Assembly (NCBI GenBank): GCA_021648365.1
Contig: JAKISY010000009.1
Coordinates: 6,975-70,974, forward strand
Length of the DNA: 64,000 bases
From: Verrucomicrobiales bacterium
GTDB lineage: Bacteria > Verrucomicrobiota > Verrucomicrobiia > Verrucomicrobiales > DEV007
Direction: 5' to 3'
Made by a program: the position numbers and the translations under genes. Within the stretch, counting starts at the first letter, position 1. Each line of letters opens with the position of its first letter. This document shows positions 38,129 to 47,852 of the stretch, piece after piece. A model generated the notes under the pieces. The model was not told the origin of the DNA. It did no database searches and saw only the letters and a program-made list of their open reading frames with translations.

Positions 38129-38597
38129 CTACTCGTATCTGAAAAACTGCGCTAGTAAGGAATGGTATTGCTCAAAACTTGAAAGATTGTTATGCCCGCT
38201 TTGTTGCACCACTCGCACAGAGACTTGGGATCGAGGGAAGGCATTTACCAGTCGCTGCGAATGCTTCCTAGCTATGACTTCGTCCTTGCCCGCAATGATG
38301 ATCAGCGTTTTAGCCTTGATGGAATGAACCCTGCTCAATGAATCATACAGCATAAGCATTGTAAACAACAGGTTCGCCATTCCCCCCAAAGTAAATAATC
38401 GCTTTCTCCTTGTTTTTGTTAAGAACGATAACCTCAATGGACTCTCCTCCATTCTCAAAAACAAGTTGATCATAGGGATGGTCAATCCGAGCCGTCGGAA
38501 AGTAAAGAAAGCTCCGCTGAAATACAAAAAGCAGCAGTCCTACCAAGAGATACATTGCCAAGTAAAACATCAGTCTTTTTTTATTACGCTTACTCAT
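38129..38597 (-). pseudogene. decayed alpha/beta hydrolase (internal deletion plus frameshift)
   Basis: One frame holds the N-terminal part (MSKRNKK...IIYFGGNGEP, 38343..38597). Another frame holds the C-terminal part (KTLIIIAGKDEVI...SGHNNL...). Total length is about 156 codons versus about 260 expected. The nucleophile-elbow region is absent. AT-rich. Confidence 0.6.
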
Positions 38598-40822
38598 CTT
38601 ACCCCCACCTCACTGATATCGATCTGCTCAAAACCCAATATCCGAATCACTGCAGCATTGCCCACCCGAAAGTCATCCTTCGCAGGGTTCGCCAACTGCG
38701 GATCTAGGCTCAAGCTGTTTTTTTCCACCCCCCTTTTGCGCTGCTCAGCCAGAAAAACATTCGCCCACTTGGCATCACTCGAGTTAAAATACAAATTGCG
38801 ATCTGCCCGACAAGTGCTCAAAGCCGACGCCGGACGCAAACGCCCTGAGTGCCTCCACGCCTTTTGATGTTCAAATAAAATCTCCTGCCCTGCCTCCTGA
38901 GAAACAAAAAGATTGCCTTGCACCCGCGATCCTGCCACCGGAGCCCCTGAAAAAACTAAATAACCACGCTGATGTATGCCCTCCCTCCCTACTGGAGTTT
39001 TTGATCTCAAATCGTAAATGATATTATTAACAATATCATTCCTGCCCTTACTGATGATACCCTCGCCCCGACAACGAGCGATCACGTTTTTTTCAATCAA
39101 CACAGCGTGCTGATCATCATCACAGCGAATCGCCGCATTCATATTTGCACTAGTGATGTCGTGAATGAAATTATGATACAGATGATTGCCCCTGCCCGTT
39201 CCCGAAACGTAAATCGCATTGCCGTCGCCCATCAACTCCATGCAATGCGAGATATCATTGTAGGCAATCGTATTAAAACGCCCGTGCATCAGCGGCTCTC
39301 GCTTTTTCCATGTTCGCTCTTGTCCCTCCAACAGCAAAAGCACTTCATCCCAGCGCACCGTGCGACTCGATTCCTTCCTACCCTCCCGATCCATCTGCGT
39401 TCGCCCACTCACCACGATTGCAGTGTAGGGCACATGTCGGATGCTATTATGCACCACCTGATTGCTACCACTTTGCCAAAGAAAAATCGCAGGTGAGTGT
39501 TTCCACAGCTTGCCAATATGATGAATCGTATTATCAGCAATCACGTTAGCACGATTAACATCTTTCAGCCCCAATCCATAACCTGCCAGCAACACTCCGA
39601 CACCCCCAAGGTCTGCAAACTCACAGCGACGAATCTGATTGCGCTGACAATGCAAATCCAACCTGATCCCTGCCGACGCGCTGTTGGTGAATTTGCACTG
39701 AGTAAAAACACACCGCTCCGCACTCCGTAACCGCACCATCGCACTTGGTTGATCATACATCTCCCAGTCATGCTGCAAACCTAGCCCTGCTTTTTTCTCA
39801 CTCCAGCCAAAAGCGTTTGCCTGAGTGAAGGTCAAGCCATGGAAACTCAGCCCCTTCACCGGCTTGTCTTTGAGATTATTTCCATCCACTTGCCCCTCGA
39901 TCAACAGCAACTGCGCCAAGCGCCCCGCAGTGATGTCACCCGAGGGCTTTTGAGCATCTGGAGGCCACAAATACAGCTTATTCTTAACTTCATCGTAAAC
40001 CCACTCTCCTGGCTCATCCAAAACCGCCAACACATTCTCCACCCACAAACTGCCCTTGGGAAAATAGGCTTTAGCTGGTGGCAGCATCGCATAGGTCGCA
40101 GGCTCTCGAGTTCTGATCCATCCACCTTTGCGATCGACACTCTCCACCGTCAGACGATTCATCACCCAAGGAAATTTTGGCACCAGCTCAATCGTCGCAG
40201 CAGTCAAATCCCCCAAACCCTCAAGATCGTCCTTAGCCAAATACAAATGACGCTGATCAATCGCCCTGCGGAAACGATACGGCACCTCTGCTGGAGGTCT
40301 TGCCAAAGGATCATACCCGCGACTGCGCGCTCGTGGCAGCATTTCATCCCCCTCATACAAAGCCCGAATTGGCTGCCAATCTTTATCCACCGCGATCTCC
40401 CATAGATGTTCTCTGCTCGATTTTTCCCACTCACCCGTCAATTTAGCAGCACCGCTGAAAATCGCTTTTTCTCCTGGATAACTCGCATACACCACCCGCA
40501 CGCCATCTTCCACACTGTCCCTCAAATCAAAAACCGCCGTTTTCTTCAAACGGTAAATACCCCCACGCAACCATACTCGGATTTCCATTCCTTGCTTTTG
40601 CTCCACTTGTCGCACCGCATCTCGCGCTCTTTGCAAGGTCGCAAAGGGCTCCACTTCGCTCCCACTTTGAGCATCATCGCCCTCCGTAGCGACAAAAAAT
40701 TCCACCCGCTCTACTGCCATCATCTGCCCACCAAAAAATAACATCGTCACCACCCCGTAAAGCAGGCAGCGACAAATTTCCAGTTTTAGCCACAGAGCAA
40801 ATAATAAACGCATCCACGCCAC
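38594..40822 (-). CDS. right-handed parallel beta-helix repeat protein (pectin-lyase fold)
   Basis: 742-aa ORF with FFVATEGDDAQSGSEVEPFATLQRARDAV, an N-terminal motif common in beta-helix proteins. Repeated N/H-rich beta-helix turns (NTIHHIG, HNSIRHV, YNDISHC, HNFIHDI). The exact start is uncertain. Confidence 0.7.
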   Translation of the reverse strand: MAWMRLLFALWLKLEICRCLLYGVVTMLFFGGQMMAVERVEFFVATEGDDAQSGSEVEPFATLQRARDAVRQVEQKQGMEIRVWLRGGIYRLKKTAVFDLRDSVEDGVRVVYASYPGEKAIFSGAAKLTGEWEKSSREHLWEIAVDKDWQPIRALYEGDEMLPRARSRGYDPLARPPAEVPYRFRRAIDQRHLYLAKDDLEGLGDLTAATIELVPKFPWVMNRLTVESVDRKGGWIRTREPATYAMLPPAKAYFPKGSLWVENVLAVLDEPGEWVYDEVKNKLYLWPPDAQKPSGDITAGRLAQLLLIEGQVDGNNLKDKPVKGLSFHGLTFTQANAFGWSEKKAGLGLQHDWEMYDQPSAMVRLRSAERCVFTQCKFTNSASAGIRLDLHCQRNQIRRCEFADLGGVGVLLAGYGLGLKDVNRANVIADNTIHHIGKLWKHSPAIFLWQSGSNQVVHNSIRHVPYTAIVVSGRTQMDREGRKESSRTVRWDEVLLLLEGQERTWKKREPLMHGRFNTIAYNDISHCMELMGDGNAIYVSGTGRGNHLYHNFIHDITSANMNAAIRCDDDQHAVLIEKNVIARCRGEGIISKGRNDIVNNIIYDLRSKTPVGREGIHQRGYLVFSGAPVAGSRVQGNLFVSQEAGQEILFEHQKAWRHSGRLRPASALSTCRADRNLYFNSSDAKWANVFLAEQRKRGVEKNSLSLDPQLANPAKDDFRVGNAAVIRILGFEQIDISEVGVR

Positions 40823-40873
40823 TATAAGCTAAACTGATTGCCGATCAGTCAAAAAAATGCCACCTTTGCCACT

Positions 40874-41845
40874 ATGAACCCTAAATCACCAAACCCCTCA
40901 CTCTCATCCCTCGGTCGCCGCAACCTTTTGCTCTCTGCGGGCACCCTCGTTGGCGGTTTAGCTTGCGCCACCGCTCCCCAACTGCGCAGTGCAGAAAAAA
41001 CCTCAACTCAAGCCAAAGCCTTCACCTTCTGTCTCAATACCAGCACCATTCGCGGTCAGAACCTCACCATCGCTGAAGAAATCGATGTCGCTGCCAAAGC
41101 AGGTTACGACGCCATCGAACCTTGGTTCCGCAAAATCAGTGCCTACACTGAAAAAGGCGGCTCTCTCAAAGACTTGCGCAAACGCATCGACGACCACGGC
41201 TTGCAAGTGCCTAGCTCGATCGGATTTGCCAAATGGATCGTCGATGATGACAAAGTCCGCGCAGCAGGTCTCGAAGAAGCCAAGCGCGACATGGATACCA
41301 TCGCTCAGCTCGGCGGCACACGACTCGCCGCTCCACCCGTAGGCGCTACCAAAGAAGCCGGTCTTGACCTGCGCAAAGCAGGCGAACGCTACCGCGCCTT
41401 ACTCGAACTCGGAGATGAAATGGGCATCGTGCCGCAAGTCGAAGTCTGGGGCTTTTCAAAAAACCTCAATCGTCTGTGCGACTCCACCTCCGTCGCCATC
41501 GCCGCCGATCACCCCAAAGCCTGCATCCTCAGCGATGTTTACCACCTATATAAAGGCGGCTCCGCTTTTGAAGGACTGCGCCTACTCGGGCCACAATCCC
41601 TGCAAGTCATCCACATGAATGACTACCCCGACATCCCACGCGCAAAAATCGGCGACGCTGACCGCGTTTTTACCGGTGACGGTATCGCCCCTTTGCAGCA
41701 AGTCTTTGATATTTTCAAAAACATCGGCGCGCAGCCCGTATTATCCCTAGAACTCTTCAATCGTGAATACTGGAAAATGGACGCCTATGACTGCGCCAAA
41801 GAAGGCTTGGACAAATTAAAAGCCAGCGTAGCCAAATACGCCTAA
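40874..41845 (+). CDS. sugar phosphate isomerase/epimerase (xylose isomerase-like TIM barrel) with Tat signal
   Basis: Start at MNPKSPNPSLSSLGRRNLLLSAG (twin-arginine signal). The TIM barrel pattern is GYDAIEPW...LAAPP...VEVWGFS...HMNDYP...SLELFN. Confidence 0.8.
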   Translation: MNPKSPNPSLSSLGRRNLLLSAGTLVGGLACATAPQLRSAEKTSTQAKAFTFCLNTSTIRGQNLTIAEEIDVAAKAGYDAIEPWFRKISAYTEKGGSLKDLRKRIDDHGLQVPSSIGFAKWIVDDDKVRAAGLEEAKRDMDTIAQLGGTRLAAPPVGATKEAGLDLRKAGERYRALLELGDEMGIVPQVEVWGFSKNLNRLCDSTSVAIAADHPKACILSDVYHLYKGGSAFEGLRLLGPQSLQVIHMNDYPDIPRAKIGDADRVFTGDGIAPLQQVFDIFKNIGAQPVLSLELFNREYWKMDAYDCAKEGLDKLKASVAKYA

Positions 41846-41933
41846 ACCTTTGTCGCGACAGTATTTTGCTACACTAATCACTGGCACTTAGTGAAAATGC
41901 GTTTATCGGTGGGCGACACACCCAACCGAAGCA

Positions 41934-42374
41934 TTGAGCGAGCAACGAAAAAAACCAGGCACCCGTAGAGAAGCACGGGAAGCGACGATCCAGTTTCTCT
42001 TCAGTCACGATCTGAACGATGAAAACTTGCCGGATCAAAGCAGCGAATTCTGGGAACTACGCACCGCGCGTCCCAAAGTGCGCGATTTCGCCAAAAAGCT
42101 GATCGCAGGGATTTTTGAACACCTGGAAGAAATCGACCAAACCATCGAGGAGGCGAGTAAAAACTACACTCTCAAACAACTCACTCCCGTCGATCGCTGT
42201 CTGCTGCGCCTCGCCACTTACGAGATTTTTTACCGCGATGACATCCCGCCAGCAGTGACCATCAACGAAGCGATCGAAATCGCTAAACGTTTCGGCTCCA
42301 CCGAGTCGTCTGGTTTTATCAACGGAGTGATCGATCGCATCGAAAAAGAGCACCGCAAAAACCAGACGAGCTAA
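41934..42374 (+). CDS. nusB: transcription antitermination factor NusB
   Basis: TTG start. Motifs REAREATIQFLF, LLRLATYEI, VTINEAIEIAKRFG and GFINGVIDRI. Confidence 0.85.
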   Translation: MSEQRKKPGTRREAREATIQFLFSHDLNDENLPDQSSEFWELRTARPKVRDFAKKLIAGIFEHLEEIDQTIEEASKNYTLKQLTPVDRCLLRLATYEIFYRDDIPPAVTINEAIEIAKRFGSTESSGFINGVIDRIEKEHRKNQTS

Positions 42375-42418
42375 AGAGCCGCGCCAAACTCTGTTTTTAT
42401 AATCACCACTTATTTGTC

Positions 42419-43270
42419 ATGGGTTTATTCAAATCGATTATCAGCCGTTTCACCTCCCGCACCGAGATCGACTGGGAGGATCTCGAAGCCACCCTCATCG
42501 GCGGCGACTTAGGCATACCACTAACGACTAAAATCGTCGATCAGCTGCGCGCACAGGGACGCAAAATCAGTGGCGACGATATTGTCGAAGCTTGCCACAA
42601 AGAGATCACCGCCATCCTCGGTGAAGAAACTCCCCCACTGCCACAAAAACGCGACGACGGTATGCCCACCGTCATCCTCGTAGCCGGAGTCAACGGCACC
42701 GGCAAAACCACTTCCACCGCCAAGCTTGCCTATCTTTTAAAAAAACAAGGCAACAGCGTGCTACTCGCCGCCGCCGACACTTTCCGCGCTGCCGCCATCG
42801 AGCAACTCGAAGTCTGGTCGCAGCGACTCGATATCCCCTTGATCAAAACCCAATACCAAGCCGACCCCTCGGCAGTCTGTTTTGACGCCCACCGTTCTGC
42901 TATTCAAAACAAAGTAGACTTCCTCATCTGCGACACCGCAGGCCGCCTGCACACTCGCGACAATTTGATGGCTGAGTTACAAAAGATCCAACGCACCCTT
43001 AAAAAGCAAGATGAGAGTGCCCCTCACGAACGACTCCTAGTCGTCGATGCCACCACCGGATCCAATGCGCTGTCCCAGGCAAAAGAATTTCAAAAGGCCC
43101 TCGACCTCACAGGGCTGATCGTCACCAAACTCGACGGCTCAGGCAAAGGCGGCAGTGCCGTAGTCATCAAAGATCAACTCGGTATCCCCACCCGCTTCAT
43201 CGGCACCGGTGAAAGCGAAACACATTTCAATGCCTTCTCCCCGCAGTCTTTTGTCGAAAACATTCTGTGA
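42419..43270 (+). CDS. ftsY: signal recognition particle receptor FtsY (NG-only short form)
   Basis: Motifs GVNGTGKTTSTAKLA, DTAGRLH, TKLDGSGKGG and IGTGE. Confidence 0.9.
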   Translation: MGLFKSIISRFTSRTEIDWEDLEATLIGGDLGIPLTTKIVDQLRAQGRKISGDDIVEACHKEITAILGEETPPLPQKRDDGMPTVILVAGVNGTGKTTSTAKLAYLLKKQGNSVLLAAADTFRAAAIEQLEVWSQRLDIPLIKTQYQADPSAVCFDAHRSAIQNKVDFLICDTAGRLHTRDNLMAELQKIQRTLKKQDESAPHERLLVVDATTGSNALSQAKEFQKALDLTGLIVTKLDGSGKGGSAVVIKDQLGIPTRFIGTGESETHFNAFSPQSFVENIL

Positions 43271-43391
43271 GCCTCACCAATAGGCATTCGACAAAAAACG
43301 CTCGAACAAATCGGTAAAACCTTATTTGTCAACTCGCCCAATACGGAGCCGACATCGGATAAGAGGCTCGCATGAGGTTCCCCGCCATCAT

Positions 43392-43640
43392 CAGAACACC
43401 AGACATGGGATAAGCATATTTTGATACCACTCTGAACTAATGCCGCAGAATATTAGAACTTTGAGCGTTAGCACCAGCAGCATGTGGCATGGATTGGCAA
43501 TTTGCCTTCGGGTAGTTTCCTCCAGCTGTCTTCGCTACGCTACGGCTGTGTTTTCTGTATCGGTATCACTTTCAACTGTAATCTCAAATGTAGCTCCCCC
43601 TATTCCAACAACATATTTTCAGAACGTGTCCGGTGTTCTG
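43392..43640. mobile_element. MITE-like non-autonomous element, copy 2 (249 nt)
   Basis: TIRs CAGAACACCAGACA...TGTCCGGTGTTCTG. Flanked by a 5-bp duplication ATCAT (43387..43391 and 43641..43645). Same orientation as copy 1, with about 45 nt of extra internal sequence. Confidence 0.75.
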
Positions 43641-43660
43641 ATCATGGCTAAAATCCAACG

Positions 43661-43867
43661 ATGAAAGTCACTTTCGACAAAGCTCACGGCAAATACAAAA
43701 AAGGCTACCAGACCATCGAGTTCGATCCACCCTACAAACGCTACGTCGGCGACGCTGCCGATTTCGCCAAAATCCTACGCGGCGAAAAAGAATCAGACTT
43801 TTCACCGCAACACGATCTCGCCGTACAAAAAGCCGTGTTACAAGCTTCAGCACTCCCTCTCGCTTGA
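43661..43867 (+). pseudogene. probable C-terminal remnant of a Gfo/Idh/MocA-type oxidoreductase
   Basis: 68-aa ORF ending ...DFAKILRGEKESDFSPQHDLAVQKAVLQASALP, resembling the C-terminal end of Gfo/Idh/MocA proteins. No Rossmann N-terminal part lies upstream. Confidence 0.35.
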
Positions 43868-43926
43868 CACTTATCATCAGCGAGTGTTTATAAAACTATC
43901 TAAAGCCACACACTCGTTTTTATACT

Positions 43927-45375
43927 ATGATCAAACGTCGCATTCTCACCACCCTCACCGCATCCCTATTCCTTGCTAGCCCTTGCCTAATCCAAGCGCA
44001 GGATGCTAAAAAAGAAACCGAGAGCAAAACCAAAAAACTCCCTAGCGCAGCAGATCAGATCAAAGACCTGTCTTCCTTGCCCGATTTCACCAAACAGTTG
44101 CAGCAGACCATCGACCAGAGCGGAGGTAACTTGGCTTTTGTCAAAACCGGCATCTACCGCATCACCCAACCGCTGATTTTTGATCTCACCAAACACGGCG
44201 CAGCCAAAGTCACCGGTTCAGCAGGTGTCACCCTGATCATGGACGGCCCTGGCCCCGCCCTCAAATTTGTCGGCAGCCACCAAGGCACCGCTTCTCCAAA
44301 ATCATTCCAAACCAAAACCTGGGACGAACGTATGCCCATCGTCAGCGGCATCGAGATCATCGGCAACCACCCCGAAGCCGTCGGCATCGAACTTTTCCAA
44401 ACCATGGAACCCATCATCTCCCGTGTTTCTGTGCGTTGGTGCCTGCATGGCATCCGCCTCGCCACCCGCAATCGCAACGTCACCATTTCCGACTGTCACC
44501 TCTACGAAAACTCAGGGGTAGGCATCTATCTAGATGACGTCAATCTGCATCAGATCAACGTCTCCAACTGCCACATCAGTTACAATCGTCAAGGCGGCAT
44601 CGTCGTCAGAGATGGCAATGTGCGCAACCTGCAAATCACCGGCTGCGACATCGAAGGCAACATGCCAGGCGAACACGTGCCGACCAAAGCCGCCAACATT
44701 CTGCTCGACGTATCTGCCACCGCAGGCGACAAAAAGCACTCCATCGCCGAAGTCACCATCACCTCTTGCACCATTCAGCACAGTGCTAATTACTCAGACA
44801 TCAAAGGTAAATACTCAGCAGTAGGCGGAGCCAACATCCGCATCCTCGGCAAAGAGAGCTGGCCGATCAACTCCGTCACCATCACTGGCAACGTCATCAG
44901 CGACACCGAGAACAACATCGACATCACCCATGCGTATGACGTGACCATCAACTCAAACGCCCTCTTTGCTCCCAGCTCGAATCACTTGTTAGTGAAAAAC
45001 AGCGAACGTATCGTGGTCAGCGGAAACAGCTTCAACCCCCGCCAATTCGAGCGCCCCGCAGCACTGATCTTCACCGATTCTAAAGACTGCGTGCTCAGCA
45101 GCTCCACTATCCACGCCGCCAAAAACCCAGCCGGCGCCGTGCAACTGAACAACTGCAGCAACATGCTACTCAGCGCACTCAACCTGACTGAAAATGCCGT
45201 TGGCATCAGCTTGAACAAAACCGACGGAGCCACCATCAGCAACTGTCGCATCTCTCGCACCCTCGAAGGCGGCGCAGATATCATCATTGGCGCAGACAAT
45301 AAAAATATCCAACTTTCAGGCAACGCCTTCAGTGGCAAAAGCGATATCGACACAGCCGCGAAGCTCAAGAAATAG
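43927..45375 (+). CDS. secreted right-handed parallel beta-helix repeat protein
   Basis: Signal peptide present. Repeated turns ISDCHLYENSGVGIYL, VSNCHISYNRQGGIVV, ITGCDIEGN, ITSCTIQHS, ITGNVISD and VSGNSF. Confidence 0.75.
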   Translation: MIKRRILTTLTASLFLASPCLIQAQDAKKETESKTKKLPSAADQIKDLSSLPDFTKQLQQTIDQSGGNLAFVKTGIYRITQPLIFDLTKHGAAKVTGSAGVTLIMDGPGPALKFVGSHQGTASPKSFQTKTWDERMPIVSGIEIIGNHPEAVGIELFQTMEPIISRVSVRWCLHGIRLATRNRNVTISDCHLYENSGVGIYLDDVNLHQINVSNCHISYNRQGGIVVRDGNVRNLQITGCDIEGNMPGEHVPTKAANILLDVSATAGDKKHSIAEVTITSCTIQHSANYSDIKGKYSAVGGANIRILGKESWPINSVTITGNVISDTENNIDITHAYDVTINSNALFAPSSNHLLVKNSERIVVSGNSFNPRQFERPAALIFTDSKDCVLSSSTIHAAKNPAGAVQLNNCSNMLLSALNLTENAVGISLNKTDGATISNCRISRTLEGGADIIIGADNKNIQLSGNAFSGKSDIDTAAKLKK

Positions 45376-45481
45376 CTTGGATTTCCGCATAATCCATCGC
45401 ATAGTGAGTAAGCGTGTCCCTTGAACGATCAAGGCACATCGAGTATCTAGTTTTCCACCTTCAACCCACCCACACACACGC

Positions 45482-45760
45482 ATGGAGTTCGACTGGCTCG
45501 ACGTTCATTTTGACCTCAAAAAAATCAGTCCTCGAGAAGTCGAGGAGTCATTTGAGGACCCGTTTGCCATCCGCCTAATTCCTGACCAGGAATTAACGGC
45601 ATCAGACGTGCGCTACATCTGTCTCGCCAAGACCGTGGGTGGTCGCTCCTTATTCTCCATCTTCTGGACTGACGGCAAAAACTGCCGCGTTATTTTCACT
45701 CGTGACATGACCGACAAAGAACACGGCTTTTACGAACGCAAAAACGCCGAATATATTTAA
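45482..45760 (+). CDS. brnT: BrnT-like (DUF497) type II toxin
   Basis: 92 aa. MEFDW start, EVEESFEDPFAI and RVIFTRDMTDKEHGFYE match the BrnT layout. Followed by a BrnA-like gene. Confidence 0.6.
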   Translation: MEFDWLDVHFDLKKISPREVEESFEDPFAIRLIPDQELTASDVRYICLAKTVGGRSLFSIFWTDGKNCRVIFTRDMTDKEHGFYERKNAEYI

Positions 45761-45798
45761 CCTTCTTTCAGCCCCAACCTTTTACCCAAAAACACATT

Positions 45799-46083
45799 GT
45801 GAAAGTTCTAACAGACTGGAAAGACCTACCGGATTTCGAAGACGAAAAACAAGAAGCTCAATTCTGGGCCGACCACATGATCGAACCGCATCTGATGAAT
45901 GCCTCGATCCACAAACCCACCGTCCGAGAATCGACCACCATCACCCTGCGCTTTGATCCGCAAATGCTCTCACGCATCAAACGCATCGCCCGCTCTCGCT
46001 ACCTGAATTATCAAAGTATGATGAAACAATGGCTCAGCGAACGCGTCGAGCAGGAACTACGCAATTCCAATCAAGACAAATAA
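45799..46083 (+). CDS. brnA: BrnA-like antitoxin (CopG/RHH C-terminal domain)
   Basis: GTG start. Motifs PDFEDEKQEAQFWADH, TTITLRFDPQMLSRIKRIARSRYLNYQSMMKQWLSERV. Confidence 0.7.
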   Translation: MKVLTDWKDLPDFEDEKQEAQFWADHMIEPHLMNASIHKPTVRESTTITLRFDPQMLSRIKRIARSRYLNYQSMMKQWLSERVEQELRNSNQDK

Positions 46084-46093
46084 ATGGTTTTTT

Positions 46094-46200
46094 GTAGGGC
46101 GAGCGCCCCGCTTGCCATCCCTCTTACGCCCCGCTTGCCACTTCCCTTTTCACCTCGGTAGCCTCGTCATCTTGCGTTCAGGCTACCTTCATTCCCCTTT
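46094..46200. repeat. intergenic repeat cluster (TGTAGGGCGAGCGCCCCGCTTGCCA, duplicated GCCCCGCTTGCCA, hairpin GGTAGCC...GGCTACC)
   Basis: GCCCCGCTTGCCA occurs at about 46105 and about 46128. A hairpin lies at 46157..46187. Similar TTTGTAGSG-initiated blocks follow the stops at 25228 and 51499. Confidence 0.5.
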
Positions 46201-46229
46201 CACAAAACTAACACCTAGCTTATAATATC

Positions 46230-47300
46230 ATGAACAAAAAAGTACTCGTCCTCGGAGCCGGCAACATGGGAGCATCCCACGCCAAAGCCTATCACAACCT
46301 CGACGGCTTTGAAGTCGCCGGCATCGTCACCCGTAGCGCCGCTAGTCGTGAAAAACTCGCCGAATCCCTCGGCGGAGACATCGCCCTGTTTGGTGACTAT
46401 GATGAAGCCCTCGCCGCAGTCAAACCCGACTGCGTATCGATCAATACCTACCCAGAAACTCACGCCGAATATGCCATCAAAGCCATGGAAGCTGGAGCGC
46501 ACGTTTTCCTAGAAAAACCTCTTGCCCCCACCGTCGACGAAGCGCAAAAAGTCGTCGATACCGCCGTGCGCCTCAACAAAAAACTCTGCATCGGTTACAT
46601 TCTTCGTCACCATCCCTCATGGATCAAATTCATCGAGATCGCCCGCACCCTCGGCAACCCCTTGGTGATGCGCATGAACCTCAATCAACAGAGCCACGGA
46701 GATATGTGGAACACTCACCGCAACTTGATGAACTCAATGTCCCCCATCGTCGATTGTGGAGTGCATTACGTCGATGTGATGTGTCAGATGACTCAATCCA
46801 AGCCGATCAAAGTCAACGCCATCGGAGCACGACTCTCCGATGAACTCAATCCGGGCATGTACAACTACGGCCAACTGCAAGTGACCTTCGAAAACGGCAG
46901 CGTCGGTTGGTATGAAGCTGGCTGGGGTCCGATGATGAGCGAAGTCGCCTTTTTCGTTAAAGATGTCGTCGGCCCCAAAGGCTGTGTCTCCATCGTAGCC
47001 GACAAAGCGGGTGGCGAATCCGAGTCCTCCAACGTGGACTCCCACACCAAAACCGAAGCCCTGCGTGTTCATCATGCTGAGTTAGACGAAAACAATCAAT
47101 TTGTCAAAGAAGACGAAATCATCAATCTCGAAGACGAACCCGATCACGACGCCTTGTGCCAACGCGAGCAAGCTTACTTCCTCAAAGCTATCGACGAAGA
47201 CATCGATCTCACCGACCACATGAACGACGGCGTCAACAGCCTGCGCATCGTATTGGCAGCCGAGCAATCCTTCAAAGAAGGCCGCACCATCGACCTGTAG
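46230..47300 (+). CDS. Gfo/Idh/MocA family oxidoreductase
   Basis: Rossmann N-terminus [26 protein letters not shown] motif, 356 aa. Confidence 0.85.
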   Translation: MNKKVLVLGAGNMGASHAKAYHNLDGFEVAGIVTRSAASREKLAESLGGDIALFGDYDEALAAVKPDCVSINTYPETHAEYAIKAMEAGAHVFLEKPLAPTVDEAQKVVDTAVRLNKKLCIGYILRHHPSWIKFIEIARTLGNPLVMRMNLNQQSHGDMWNTHRNLMNSMSPIVDCGVHYVDVMCQMTQSKPIKVNAIGARLSDELNPGMYNYGQLQVTFENGSVGWYEAGWGPMMSEVAFFVKDVVGPKGCVSIVADKAGGESESSNVDSHTKTEALRVHHAELDENNQFVKEDEIINLEDEPDHDALCQREQAYFLKAIDEDIDLTDHMNDGVNSLRIVLAAEQSFKEGRTIDL

Positions 47301-47346
47301 CTTCCGCCCCTACAGCCTAAACTCCTATAGCCTTCAAGCCTTCTTA

Positions 47347-47814
47347 GTGAAACAGATCACCATCTACACCGACGGCTCGTCCTTGGGCAACCCCGGGCCG
47401 GGCGGCTACGGCACCATCCTACAATACAACGGCAACAGCAAAGAGCTAAGCCAAGGATACGCCTGCACCACCAACAACCGCATGGAGTTGATGGCAGCGA
47501 TTGCTGGGCTGGAGTCGCTCAAAGAAACCTGCAAAGTCAGCCTCACCTCCGACTCCAAATACGTCATCGACGCCATGACTAAAGGCTGGATCGAAAGCTG
47601 GCAAAAAAAAGGTTGGAGCCGTGGCAAAAATAAACCGCTCAAAAACACCGACCTGTGGCAACGCCTACTCAAAGCTAGTCAAAACCACAACGTCACGTGG
47701 TTGTGGGTGAAAGGTCACGCCGGCCACCCAGAAAACGAACGCTGTGACGAACTCGCCGTCGCCGCCGCCTCGCAAAAAGGCAGCCCCCCCGACGAAGGTT
47801 ATCAACCAGAGTAA
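47347..47814 (+). CDS. rnhA: ribonuclease HI
   Basis: GTG start. Motifs [30 protein letters not shown] and [17 protein letters not shown]. Confidence 0.9.
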   Translation: MKQITIYTDGSSLGNPGPGGYGTILQYNGNSKELSQGYACTTNNRMELMAAIAGLESLKETCKVSLTSDSKYVIDAMTKGWIESWQKKGWSRGKNKPLKNTDLWQRLLKASQNHNVTWLWVKGHAGHPENERCDELAVAAASQKGSPPDEGYQPE

Positions 47815-47852
47815 ACAACTTCCCTGAATGACACCACGCAAAGTATAAAATC

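Noticed and set aside
37922-43640. The two same-orientation MITE copies as the ends of a 5.7-kb composite transposon.
   Set aside because: Each copy has its own distinct 5-bp target duplication (AAACT versus ATCAT). The interval also carries the essential housekeeping genes nusB and ftsY.
43440-43664. 74-aa ORF inside MITE copy 2.
   Set aside because: It is not conserved in copy 1, where indels break the frame. It lies within the inverted-repeat structure of a non-coding element.
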